A program made the position numbers and the translations under genes. From contig JBLDXI010000007.1 in the NCBI GenBank assembly GCA_047495785.1, forward strand, positions 1,612,001 to 1,676,000: a stretch of 64,000 nucleotides of DNA, given 5' to 3'. This document shows, piece by piece, positions 10,971-22,242 of the stretch (the first letter of the stretch is position 1; each line of letters begins with the position of its first letter). The notes beneath the pieces were generated by a model. The model worked only from the letters and a program-made list of their open reading frames with translations, was not told where the DNA came from and ran no database searches. Origin of the DNA: Lepidodermella squamata. Lineage: Eukaryota; Animalia; Gastrotricha.

Positions 10971-13298
10971 ATGAAAGTATCTTCATCGACCTTCCTTGTT
11001 TTAATAGCTATCGCAGCTGGCGAAAAACCTTTTATTCTAAAAATTCCAATGACAATGCCCCTAGAAGGGCAAGTCTTCCCAATGGGTCCAGTGTGCACCG
11101 AAGCTGTGAGCTTCGTTCTGGAGGCGATCAACTCAAACCCGAATTTCCTGCCAAATTATAAAATTCAAATAGATCTAGGAGATGACCAGTGCTCAGCCGC
11201 CGACGCTGCAAGGATGTCACTTCAGATTTACGAAAATATCAAGCCAGTTCTACCAGCATCTCAAGTACTTGGAACATTGACTATACCGGCTTACGATTTC
11301 AGTGAATCGAGCGAGGCTTTTGTCCCGCCGATATACATAGGAGGGCTTTGCTCTCCAACTTGTTCAGCGGCATCTAGATTCGCTCAGCAGTATGGTTTCA
11401 TCAATATTCTGATCGGCTGTGCTGAAGTTCGTTACACAAACAGAAAACTTTACCCGAATTTATATCGATTCACAGCCTCTTTCTCGGAAATTGAAAAATT
11501 TCGAGCGAAATTCATGACGTACATGGGCTGGAACAAAATCGGCTACTTGGCTGATGCGGTCCAGCTCACCCCTGAGGATGCTGTCTACTTTTTCAGGGCT
11601 GTTTTAGCTGCTGGGAAAAAGGTTGCGGCTGAAGAGTTCTTCGTTGATAACCCTGCTGAATCGTTAGCCAGGCTGAAATCAGCCGATGTCCGAGTAATCT
11701 GGGGCAACTGCTATTTCAACAACTGCCCTTTAGTTGCTTGCGAGGCCCACCGAATCGGCCTTTTCGGCCCTAGAATTGTGTGGATGTTCAATACCTGGAT
11801 AGATTTATCGATTTCTCCAATACCGAATGGTTGTAGCAGGAAGATTATCCAAGAATTCGCTAATTTATCGATTTACCTAGGTCAAGATGTAAGTGGAGAA
11901 TTTCGCCCAGCTGATGCGCCAACTGATATTGGCTTTACAAGGGGTCAATTTTTGTCATATATGAGGTCAAAGATTTCCGGATTTGAACGGCACAACGCTT
12001 ACGCATTAAGGCTGACTTGCGCGGAAAATGTCATCATTGCCGGATCAATTATACACCAAACGGAGCTTCAACTGATTGGTCGAAAAGAAACACTCAAAGA
12101 TTTGATAGCGAATCGCAGTCGAGCTACGGAGCTTCGAGAGTTGATCCGGAGCAATACAGAGAACATCAAAGCATTTGGATTTTACGAAGTAGGATTTTTT
12201 GACAGGCAGTTTGAATCTATTAATCCACCGATGGTTGTCGAACAACTTAGAGATGGATCTCGTTTTACTGCTCTTGTCACGAGAAATCGTAGTGAGGAAA
12301 ATATGGAAAAATATTTCCAGATTTTATCACCGCTAAAATGGGCCACATCTGATGGTAAACCCCCCAGGACTGAACATGTCAAAATTGCTCGCTTAAAGCA
12401 ATCAGACGGTAGAATTATTGCAGCATTGATAGCTTTATCTGCTTTTAGCTTGGCTGGAGTTTGGCTGATTCGATTAATCATGAAGATATGGAAAATCGAA
12501 AAGTACGCCCCTATAAATACTCTGATTTGTTTTGGCTCGACCCTCAGTTCGATTTCTGTTTTTACTTACCCTTTGGACGACTCTATCCAGTCGAATTTGA
12601 CAATCTATTGCACAGCCCTTTTTCCACTGAATACATTTGAGTTGTCTATCTTATTCGGATCGTTAATTGCCAAGCTTTGGCTCAACAGGTTCGATACTGA
12701 TAACAAGTATAAGTATCGCGGATATTTTTTCCTGATGATGATCCTTTTGGTAGATGCTTTTCTAATTGCAGCCTGGTATTTAGGTGAATTTAAGCCGTCC
12801 GTTACAGCTTTCAAAAATGTTTGGACTAATGAGAATTCCGATGCACAGATTACAGAGTCTGTTCATCAGTGCTCCTTCACAACGCGGGAGAAACCGTTAT
12901 CTTACTCCGCAATCGCTATCCTCGCTATACATGTTTTCCTAATTTTGTCAGCTGTTATCCTTGCCTTCGTCTCTCTTCGAAAGAAATTACTATCGAGGAC
13001 CGTTACAAGCAGGTTGACAAACAGATCAAACCACTCTTTAATAGCTGCAAAAGCTCTAAATCATCGCCTTGAGAAAGTCCGGGCCAAAGGAAATTCTTTC
13101 ACCGTATGTGGCCTGCTCTCAATTGTTCTCATCTCATCTTTTGCATTCTCAGTTTTCAATGCAGACGGATTCGCGTTGTTTATTGTCATGTCTATATACA
13201 CAGCCACCAGTAATTCAATAGTTACAGTCATGCTTTTGTACGAGTTGCTTGCAACTTGTGCAACTTTGAAAGATAATTCAAAACGAAAACATCGATAA
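10971..13298 (+). CDS. GABA-B-like class C GPCR, copy 3 (775 aa, tail type B)
   Basis: First ATG at 10971 is followed by a signal peptide; same flytrap + 7TM motifs; ends KDNSKRKHR. Confidence 0.9.
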   Translation: MKVSSSTFLVLIAIAAGEKPFILKIPMTMPLEGQVFPMGPVCTEAVSFVLEAINSNPNFLPNYKIQIDLGDDQCSAADAARMSLQIYENIKPVLPASQVLGTLTIPAYDFSESSEAFVPPIYIGGLCSPTCSAASRFAQQYGFINILIGCAEVRYTNRKLYPNLYRFTASFSEIEKFRAKFMTYMGWNKIGYLADAVQLTPEDAVYFFRAVLAAGKKVAAEEFFVDNPAESLARLKSADVRVIWGNCYFNNCPLVACEAHRIGLFGPRIVWMFNTWIDLSISPIPNGCSRKIIQEFANLSIYLGQDVSGEFRPADAPTDIGFTRGQFLSYMRSKISGFERHNAYALRLTCAENVIIAGSIIHQTELQLIGRKETLKDLIANRSRATELRELIRSNTENIKAFGFYEVGFFDRQFESINPPMVVEQLRDGSRFTALVTRNRSEENMEKYFQILSPLKWATSDGKPPRTEHVKIARLKQSDGRIIAALIALSAFSLAGVWLIRLIMKIWKIEKYAPINTLICFGSTLSSISVFTYPLDDSIQSNLTIYCTALFPLNTFELSILFGSLIAKLWLNRFDTDNKYKYRGYFFLMMILLVDAFLIAAWYLGEFKPSVTAFKNVWTNENSDAQITESVHQCSFTTREKPLSYSAIAILAIHVFLILSAVILAFVSLRKKLLSRTVTSRLTNRSNHSLIAAKALNHRLEKVRAKGNSFTVCGLLSIVLISSFAFSVFNADGFALFIVMSIYTATSNSIVTVMLLYELLATCATLKDNSKRKHR

Positions 13299-13453
13299 CG
13301 GGCTAAAAGCATAATATTGTTAGTGTCGCTGAATAACTCTGATTCAGGCTTTAAGTTGACGGGTGACAAGTAAAAAGCGGCGTTTTTTCACATAAATACA
13401 AGGCCAAAAACGAATGACTTTACAAAAGACATTGCGACTACAATATCAATATA

Positions 13454-13874
13454 CCGTATTTTATGAATTTTTAGGTAGGACCCAAATATAGGGCAGAACC
13501 TGAATAAAGGGCGGAGGGTAATGGTCAGTCATTTGAAATAATAAATGACAGAACTGTATTAATAGGCAGGGTCTTGTATGAAGTGGCTTACATGAGCGCC
13601 TGCTCGGTAAATGGTTAAAATTGGATAGGTTGCGATTTTTTGTCAGTAAGTGTAATAATCGTCCTTTATCCACCGTAATCCACTTGAGCAATCACTTCAA
13701 GCGTGTAGTCACAGGTTCTATAGTCGTTATTCGGCGGTTTTAACAGTTGGTCCATGTACTCTTCAGGTGACTGATTAGGTTCGAAAAATTAGAGGGCATA
13801 GCCTAAATACAGGGCAGAACTTGAACTTCGTTTGAAAAAATACAAGGCAGGGTCTTATAATTCGTTAAATACGG
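13454..13874. mobile_element. pogo/Tigger-like MITE (421 bp) with TA TSD
   Basis: Ends TA|CCGTATTTTATGAATT and AATTCGTTAAATACGG|TA; repeated internal AGGGCAG motifs. Confidence 0.75.
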
Positions 13875-14269
13875 TATTATACTATTGCACCGTTCTTAGC
13901 CTGCCCTGGGCAGTCTTGGCCTTATACTTTCCAGCCTTAAAGAATGTACCACTCAAAGGTAGCCTAGATGACGCTACCTGACTGGTAACTGGTAACGTTG
14001 CTCCAATGCGCTAACAAGGACACGGTTGTCGCGACGAACATTCAATAGCACAGGAAGGCAGTCGTTATATGGATGGCCAGGTGATTAAGCTGCTATTTTA
14101 ACGCTATTGCTTAATGACCCATTGGAGCGTACATATACGTGAATTTTACTGCGGTTAGGATCATCCCAAACAGTGAAAGGACCAGGACCAAAAATTACCG
14201 CAAACTGAGAATATTCCATGTATTGAATATAGCTTCATCATATAAAATGTGTCAAATAAATAGTTCATA

Positions 14270-14390
14270 CAGCAAAACCTGTTATCTCGAAACTCTCTCT
14301 ATGTCGAACACTTTTCGACGAACCGAGTAAAGCACGCACAGAATTATCTTTCATGTCGAACTCTCTAGACTCGAAAGTCGAACGGCTGTG
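14270..14390. mobile_element. Probable single end of a Tc1/mariner-pogo element
   Basis: TA|CAGCAAAACCTGTTATCTCGAA followed by repeated (TG)TCGAA motifs; no matching right end found. Confidence 0.45.
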
Positions 14391-14994
14391 GCCGGACCGG
14401 TGGACACGTGCCACAGTGTAAACACATTTGCGGAATTAAATTGTTAATTTTCAAATTTTAGGTTCAGTCAGCAGTATTTGAAATGTACAAATTCGGTATA
14501 AGGTAAAAATACACGATCTACATACGTATAAACATGTAAAAACATCTAAAAGCATGTAAATTGCTCCGGAAACCGGAATTTATACAACCCACCTGTATAA
14601 ATTCAACTTTTTAACGCTAAGGAATTTTATTGGCAAATAGAAGATTTTACGTGGCCTCGGTTTTCATGTATCGTTCTTCTGAAATATGTGAATCGTCGAA
14701 GCTAAAAGGAACCCATATAACAGTTTTTCAAAAATGAACTTTTTCACCAAACATCACAAGAAGCATTTTCATCACCAATTTCTCAAATTGTATCCCAATT
14801 TAACGAGGATTTAAGGAAAGTTTACAACAGACTAGATCTATCGACTGCTGAAACCCGCTCCAAACAATTCCTCATGGTTACGGAGTTATTAAAAAAATTC
14901 GAGGCAAAAAAAGTTATCATCCGTACTTTATTTAATTTAATTACATGTAATTAATTTAGATTTCAATATTTTTATTTTTTTCCAATGTGTTTAG

Positions 14995-15225
14995 GCCTTA
15001 AAAAGCATCGACACTTCTAAGATGGAGATAGCTTCCCACATCACTCCGGCTGGAATGCCGGTTATTGAATCGATCCTTCCCCCGATGTCTCGTGAAGACC
15101 GGCAACGCTACCTCGACGCTGTCAAGCATCACGAAACTGGCGGCGGCGATTACATAACAGCTACGAGTCCGTTCGGATCTTGGCCGCCGAATATGACTCC
15201 GATCACGGTTAACATCGCTGCTTAA
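14995..15225 (+). pseudogene. Orphan duplicate of sHSP exon 2 with its upstream intron acceptor
   Basis: Near-identical to 3833-4063 including the ATGTGTTTAG acceptor; no exon 1 copy upstream. Confidence 0.85.
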
Positions 15226-15682
15226 ATCTTGAGAATAACTGATTCAGTCTTACCTAACGATTTCTTCAAATGGTCAAAGATAAGGAGTGAGTCTCTAAAT
15301 TTTAAATTCGATGCATAAAATGTTTTGAAATTTTCGGATGATTCTATAACAATGTCAAATGAATTCCATATCGATTGCAAGACGGCAGGGGTTAGCTTTT
15401 CCAACTTATCTTTGCGATTCACAAGCAAGCAAATGGAGCGAAATGTCCAATTTTAAACATAAATCGAAGGACAATCTCACGTGAATCCTTGCGTTTTATC
15501 GCCTAATTATGACGTCCATTCGCACTGTAATCCGTCATTACGCATAGACACACCTACATGCTAAACCTTCTGTCCACTAAAAAGTCACGTTTCGCACGAA
15601 ACAGTTCATCGCCTGAATAACAGAGACTGTTTTTAAGGAGAAATTTGTCCATCAGTTTTAGTGCCACAGCATAAAAGATAGA

Positions 15683-18046
15683 ATGGACATTTCTTCGATA
15701 ATTTCACTTGCGTTCATTCTTGCGACATCGGCAGCAGAAAAGCCGTTCACATTGAAGATCCCGATGGCAATGCCGTTGGGTGGCAGAATCAACCCAATGG
15801 GCCCGATGTGCACCGAAGCTGTGAGCTTCGTTCTGGAGGCGATCAATTCAAATCCGAATTTCCTGCCTAATTACAAAATTCAAATCGATTTAGGTGACGA
15901 TCAGTGTTCAGCCGCGGCCGCTGCAAGGATGTCACTTCAGATCTACGAAAATATCAAGCCAGTTCTACCAGCATCTCAAGTACTTGGAACATTGACTATA
16001 CCGGCTTACGATTTCAGTGAATCGAGCGAGGCTTTTGTCCCGCCGATATACATAGGAGGGCTTTGCTCTCCAACTTGTTCAGCGGCATCTAGATTCGCTC
16101 AGCAGTATGGTTTCATCAATATTCTGATCGGCTGTGCTGAAGTTCGTTACACAAACAGAAAACTTTACCCGAATTTCTACCGCTTCGCGCCCTCTTTCGC
16201 CGAAATTGAAAAATTCCGAGCGAAATTCATGACCTACATGGGCTGGAACAAAATCGGCTACCTGGCTGATGCGGTCCAGCTCACCCCTGAGGATGCTGTC
16301 CACTTTTTCAGGGCTGTTCTCGCTGCTGGGAAGAAAGTCGCTGCCGAGGAGTTTTTCGTCGATAACCCTGCTGAATCACTGGCTAGGCTGAAATCAGCCG
16401 ATGTCCGAGTAATCTGGGGCAACTGCTATTTCAACAACTGCCCTTTAGTTGCTTGCGAGGCCCACCGAATCGGCCTTTTCGGTCCTAAAATTGCCTGGAT
16501 GTTCAACGTTTGGATCGACTTCGTCAACTCTCCAATAGTACCAAATGGATGTAGCAAGAAAATCATCCAGGAATTTGCCGATTCATCGATATACCTTGGT
16601 CAGGATATGAGTGGGGAATTTCGCCCAGCTGATGCGCCAAGTGAGGTTGGAATAACGCGAGGTCAATATTTGTCGCATATGAGGTCAAAAATTCCGGGAT
16701 TTGAGCGCCACAATTCCTACGCTATGCGACTTTTATGCGCTGAGGATGTAATAATCGCGGCGTCAGTTCTAAACAGAACGGAGGTTCAATTGAACAGTCA
16801 AAACGAAACACTTACAAGTTTAATTTCAAACCCTAATCGAGCTTCAGAGCTCCGAGAGTTGATTCGAAGAAATACGGAGAATCTCAAAGCTTCCGGACTT
16901 CTCTACGACATAGGATTTGCAGATAAGCAGTTTGAAGGGATTGGACCGCCTTTGGTTGTTGAGCAACTAAGAATTGGAACTCGAGTGATTGCTGTGGTCA
17001 CAAGAAATCGTAGTGAGGAAATTATGGACAAATATTTCGAGATTTTATCCCCGTTGAAATGGTCCACGTATGATGGCAAACCCCCAAGGACAGAACCAAT
17101 AGAAATTATAAGGTTAAGACAATCAGGTTCTAGAACTATTACGGCATTTCTACCTTTAACTGCCGTTTGCTTAGCCGCAGTTTGGATAATGCGATTGATC
17201 GTGTGGATACGAAAAATCGAAAATTTCGCATTGATTAACACGCTGGTTTGTGTTGGCTCGACGCTTAGTTCGATCTCCGTTTTTACTTATCCTCTGAACG
17301 ACTCAATCCAGTCTAATTTGACGATCTTCTGTGAGGCCCTCGGTCCACTGATAACGTTTGGATTTTCCCTTTTAATCGGTTCCTTGATTGTCAAGCTATG
17401 CCTAATCAAGTTTGATGCTGAAAATAAGTACAGGAATTACGGTTATTGCTTTCTGATCATGATTCTTATGGCAGATACTTGCCTAATTGAAGCTTGGTAC
17501 CTCGGCGAGTTCAAGCCAACTGGGACAACTGTCAGGAAGATCTGGTACGATGACGCATACGACGCTAATATTATTGAGGTGGTCTATCGCTGCTCTTTCA
17601 CATCATCGCAGGTTTCTTACTCCGCAATTGCTCTGATGTGTCTGCAGGCTGTTTTGATTCTATCAGCTGTTATTCTTGCGGTTATTTCTCTTCGCAAAAA
17701 TGTCTCACAGAAGCACAGTGCTACGAACAGGATAATCCATAGATTCGTTCAGGGCTACCAAATACCACCAACTGCGATGGCGGCGATTACGCGAAAGGAA
17801 CGAAATGCTAAAGGGAATGCCTTCACGGTATATGGATTGTCAGCGATCGTTTTCATCACGGCATTTGCGTTATCAGGCTTTGTGGCCAACCCATTTTCGT
17901 TATTTATTGTGGTGGCAGTGTATGCGATCGCGACTAATGCGATGGTAATATTCTTGTTCCAGCAAGAGATGCGCGCCGCAATCAAGGTTAAAAATCAGTT
18001 GAAAGATCAAGAGAAAAGATCGGGGCCAAAGGTTACCGCAAACTAA
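15683..18046 (+). CDS. GABA-B-like class C GPCR, copy 4 (787 aa, tail type A)
   Basis: Intact ORF with signal peptide, flytrap domain and 7TM. Confidence 0.9.
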   Translation: MDISSIISLAFILATSAAEKPFTLKIPMAMPLGGRINPMGPMCTEAVSFVLEAINSNPNFLPNYKIQIDLGDDQCSAAAAARMSLQIYENIKPVLPASQVLGTLTIPAYDFSESSEAFVPPIYIGGLCSPTCSAASRFAQQYGFINILIGCAEVRYTNRKLYPNFYRFAPSFAEIEKFRAKFMTYMGWNKIGYLADAVQLTPEDAVHFFRAVLAAGKKVAAEEFFVDNPAESLARLKSADVRVIWGNCYFNNCPLVACEAHRIGLFGPKIAWMFNVWIDFVNSPIVPNGCSKKIIQEFADSSIYLGQDMSGEFRPADAPSEVGITRGQYLSHMRSKIPGFERHNSYAMRLLCAEDVIIAASVLNRTEVQLNSQNETLTSLISNPNRASELRELIRRNTENLKASGLLYDIGFADKQFEGIGPPLVVEQLRIGTRVIAVVTRNRSEEIMDKYFEILSPLKWSTYDGKPPRTEPIEIIRLRQSGSRTITAFLPLTAVCLAAVWIMRLIVWIRKIENFALINTLVCVGSTLSSISVFTYPLNDSIQSNLTIFCEALGPLITFGFSLLIGSLIVKLCLIKFDAENKYRNYGYCFLIMILMADTCLIEAWYLGEFKPTGTTVRKIWYDDAYDANIIEVVYRCSFTSSQVSYSAIALMCLQAVLILSAVILAVISLRKNVSQKHSATNRIIHRFVQGYQIPPTAMAAITRKERNAKGNAFTVYGLSAIVFITAFALSGFVANPFSLFIVVAVYAIATNAMVIFLFQQEMRAAIKVKNQLKDQEKRSGPKVTAN

Positions 18047-18901
18047 GAATATTGCTTGTATTGAATAGCTTCATCTTGCCATGGTATCCAATAAACCAAT
18101 GAATTTCAAATTTTTGCTTTGCTTTTAAATTTCAGGAAGAAGGAACTCGAATACGTTTCCGGCATTACTACTCCTTATGGATATCCATGATTGGTAAATC
18201 GGGCTGTTACTCAAGCCAAAGGCACTGATAGCCCTTGATATAAACCCTACTAATGCTGTTGTGAGGTGCACAAATAAGGAAGTTACTATAACTAAAAGCT
18301 GCCAGTTGTCGAAGTCGTCCGCCGTCTCTTGCCGAGATCATTCGAGCCCGTTACATAAGCAGGAAGCAGGCTATTCTGTAAATTCAGTGTCATTATTATA
18401 TATGGCTTGCATTTTTTTAATACGATGCAGTTGTCATCTCGTGTACCGGAGTACAGAAAGCATTTACAAATCAGCACAGCTTGTTGCATTGCGTCGATAA
18501 AGCAGAGCGGGCGCGTGGAGGAAACTTGGGTGGGCCTGATGATGTGCATTTTCCGTTGAGGTCACTTCGCTTGGTAATTGTTCTCCTTCTTACTGGCGAC
18601 GAGCTTCGTTCTGATACTTTTCTCCCTCCTGATTGCTTGTCTCTGGCGAATTAGGCCTAATTATGATTTGATGAGTGACGCAACAAAGCGAAGCGTGCCA
18701 CATCCTAGGTGAAATATATGTGGCTTCATAATATCGGCTAATTATACTGCGTCATTTTACAGGAGTTCCCTATCTTCTGACACGCCCACGGCATAGTGCA
18801 ACATGCTAAGACTGATGTGAGATAGCTGACGCCGAGGTAATTAAGTAATCTTAAGAAAGGATTTCCCTCTGATTTTGAATTGTCATAGCTTCTACGAAAA
18901 A

Positions 18902-21232
18902 ATGAATGTTTCTTTAGTGAGCCTTCTTGTTTTGATAGCAAGCGCAGGTGGGGAAAAGCCTTTTATTCTAAAAATTCCAATGACAATGCCATTAGGCGGC
19001 CGAGTCAACCCAATGGGCCCGATGTGCACCGAAGCTGTGAGCTTCGTACTCGAGGCGATAAACTCAAATCCGAATTTCCTGCCTAATTACAAAATTCAAA
19101 TCGATTTAGGTGACGATCAGTGTTCAGCCGCAGCTGCGGCCAAAATGTCACTTCAGATCTACGAAAATATCAAGCCAGTTCTTCCAGCATCTCAAGTGCT
19201 TGGAACATTGACCCTGCCTGCGAATAATTTCAGTGAATCTGTCGAAGCCTATGTCCCACCCCTGTATCTCGGCGGCATTTGTTCGCCAACTTGTATAACA
19301 TCAGCCCGCCTGCCTCAGCAGTATGGTTTCATCAACATCCTGGTCGGATGCAATGAGCCTCGCTTCACAAATCGAAAGCTATACCCGAATTTCTACCGCT
19401 TCTCGCCCTCTTTCGCTGAGGTGGAAAAATTCAGAGCTAAATTTATGACCTACATGGGTTGGAATAAAATCGGCTACCTTGCTGATGCAGTTCAAACAAC
19501 ACCTGAAGATGCTGTTTTTTTCATGAGAGCTGTTCTAGCTGCTGGAAAGAAGGTTGCGGCAGAGGAGTTCTTTGTAGATAGCCCAGCTGAATCTTTAGCC
19601 CGGCTGAAATCAGCCGATGTCAGAGTAATCTGGGGAAACTGCTATTTCAACAATTGCCCGTTAGTTGCTTGCGAAGCTCACCGAATCGGTCTTTTCGGTC
19701 CTAAAATTGTCTGGATGTTCAACACCTGGATCGATTTCAGCAATTCTCCTACAGTACCAAATGGATGTAGCAGGAATATTATTCTAGAATTCGCTGATTC
19801 ATCCATATACCTTGGTCTGGATATGAATGGAGAATTTCGCCCAGATGATGCGCTAAATGATATTGGTTTTACAAGGAGACAATACTTGTCCCATATGCGG
19901 TCGAAAATTCCTGATTTTGAACGGCACAGCGCGTACCCATTAAGGCTTGCATGCGCCGAAAACGTCGTTATTGCTGCATTCATTTTAAACCAAACGGAGG
20001 TCCAACTGAACAGTGAAAACGAAACATTAATAGATTTGATAGCGAATTCTAGCCGAGCTTCAGAACTTCGAGTGTTGATCCGAAGCAATACTGAGAACAT
20101 CAGAGCATTCGGATTTAACGAAGTTCGATTTGTTGATAGGCAGTTCGAATCGATTAACCCACCTCTGGTTGTTGAGCAGCCGAGAAATGGGACTCGTTTT
20201 ACTGCTCTTGTAACAAGAAATCGAAGTGAGGAAAATATGGACAAATATTTCGAGATTTTGTCCCCGCTAAAATGGGCCACTTTTGATGGTAAGCCACCCA
20301 GGGCGGAACCAGTCAAAATTGCACGCCTGAAACAATCAGATGATAGGATTACTACGGCATTTATAGCTTCTTCTGCTTTAAGCTTCACCGGAGTTTGGCT
20401 GGTTCGATTAATCATGAATATAAGGAAAATCGAAAAGTTTGCCGCAATGAATACCCTGATTTGTTTTGGCTCGACCCTCAGTTCGATTTCTGTTTTTACT
20501 TACCCTCTTAACGACTCGATCCAGTCGAATTTGACAATCTATTGCACAGCTCTTTGCCCTCTGATTATATTCGAGTTATCCATCGTCTTCGGATCTTTAA
20601 TTGTCAAGCTTTGCCTCAACAGGTTTGATACTGATGACAAGTATAAATATCACGGATATTTTTTCCTGATCGTGATCCTCATGGCAGATGCTTGTCTTAT
20701 TGAAGCCTGGTATTTAGGTGAATTTAAGCCGACTGTTACGGCTTTCCAAAATGTTTGGACTGATGAAGTTTTCGATGCGCAAATTACAGAGTCGGTCAAT
20801 AGATGTTCTTTCTCATCGCGAGAAAAACCGGTATCTTACTCGGCAATCGCAACTTTTGTTATTCATGCTCTCCTAATTTTGTCAGCTGTTATCCTTGCGT
20901 TTGTTGCTCGTCGAAAAAAAGTCCTGCAGAGGAATGTTACTAGCAGGTTGACAAACAGATCAAACGACTCTTTTGTAGCTACAAAAACCCAAAAGCATCG
21001 CCTGGAAAAAGTCCGCGCGAAAGGAAACTCTCTCACCGTATGTGGCCTGGTCTCAATCGTTCTCATCTCGTCTTTCGCCTTCTCAGTTTTCAATACAGAC
21101 GCATTCGCGTTGTTTATTGTCATGTCGCTATACACAGTCGCAAGCAATTTAATAGTTACATTCATGTTTTCGTACGAACTGCTTGCAACTTCTGCAGCTT
21201 TAAAAGATAATTCGAAACGGAAATATCGATAA
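18902..21232 (+). CDS. GABA-B-like class C GPCR, copy 5 (776 aa, tail type B)
   Basis: ATG at 18902; intact ORF; ends KDNSKRKYR. Confidence 0.9.
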   Translation: MNVSLVSLLVLIASAGGEKPFILKIPMTMPLGGRVNPMGPMCTEAVSFVLEAINSNPNFLPNYKIQIDLGDDQCSAAAAAKMSLQIYENIKPVLPASQVLGTLTLPANNFSESVEAYVPPLYLGGICSPTCITSARLPQQYGFINILVGCNEPRFTNRKLYPNFYRFSPSFAEVEKFRAKFMTYMGWNKIGYLADAVQTTPEDAVFFMRAVLAAGKKVAAEEFFVDSPAESLARLKSADVRVIWGNCYFNNCPLVACEAHRIGLFGPKIVWMFNTWIDFSNSPTVPNGCSRNIILEFADSSIYLGLDMNGEFRPDDALNDIGFTRRQYLSHMRSKIPDFERHSAYPLRLACAENVVIAAFILNQTEVQLNSENETLIDLIANSSRASELRVLIRSNTENIRAFGFNEVRFVDRQFESINPPLVVEQPRNGTRFTALVTRNRSEENMDKYFEILSPLKWATFDGKPPRAEPVKIARLKQSDDRITTAFIASSALSFTGVWLVRLIMNIRKIEKFAAMNTLICFGSTLSSISVFTYPLNDSIQSNLTIYCTALCPLIIFELSIVFGSLIVKLCLNRFDTDDKYKYHGYFFLIVILMADACLIEAWYLGEFKPTVTAFQNVWTDEVFDAQITESVNRCSFSSREKPVSYSAIATFVIHALLILSAVILAFVARRKKVLQRNVTSRLTNRSNDSFVATKTQKHRLEKVRAKGNSLTVCGLVSIVLISSFAFSVFNTDAFALFIVMSLYTVASNLIVTFMFSYELLATSAALKDNSKRKYR

Positions 21233-21579
21233 CGGGCTTGAAACATGATATGATAATTGTCGAATATTGTCAAGCCAGCCGCGATTGAGGCTATGAATAA
21301 TTTGCATAATAATTGGAACGGAGAAATGATAACGTGATGATAGTAAAAATAGAGATTTTTTATATATATATATATATTTATTTATTTATTCAAGAGCTAT
21401 GCGGTTAGATACAAAAAAGATGAAATAATAACAAAACCATTTCAGACATCAAGAAAACAGGTTTCCAATCAATTTTGTCCATGTGCTCTACCCAGTATGA
21501 CCCAACTTTGAGATTGTAGCCGATGATCAAAAATCATCATAATTTACAAGCCTTGAATTGTCAAAAATCTGGCCAAGAA

Positions 21580-21796
21580 TTCTGGCCAAGGGTTTATTTC
21601 AACTTGGATTCGTCTTTCAAACTAATTTTTTTTATTTAGGTCATTAAATCCACAGTCGCGAATGACCCGCAATTCTTTGTCCTTCAAGGCGTCATGTCAG
21701 CTGGGCAATTTCGCGATGGAATGACGAAAACTGGTGGCTTCAAGGAACGCTTGGCCGCCGAATATGACTCCGATCACGGTTAACATTGCGACTTGA
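21580..21796 (+). pseudogene. Chimeric relic: PLCXD exon/intron/exon fragment fused to the sHSP 3' end
   Basis: 21580-21749 matches 630-809; from 21750 onward it matches 4017-4066. Confidence 0.85.
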
Positions 21797-22242
21797 AATC
21801 GCAAGACGAACTAACTTTGTTGTTCATGATAATATCTTATATCGAATATCTTAAATTGATTAAATTCTGTAGCTTGGATGAAAATGAATCTCTTTGTTTT
21901 AAATTTCTTCAAACTGATGTACCTGATGTTTTCAACTGTATCTACTTGCAATGGATATTAGATAATTTACGTATCGAAAATAGCAGGGGGAAAACAAAAT
22001 TCAGTAAACGTCTGGCATTGGCACTTTTCATTTGTCTACTGACGATAAAAGGGTACTTCAATAAGTAAAACTTCCATCCCACTCACCCATCCTATCTCAG
22101 ACATCACCTACGTGCTCAAATCATATAAACAAATCGTCACGTTCCACGATAGATAATTTATCGCCTCGATAATATAGACTGTTTTCAAGATGTTTTTTCG
22201 AGTAGTCTTCGTCCCAGTACATATTATGGTAACACAGATCAA

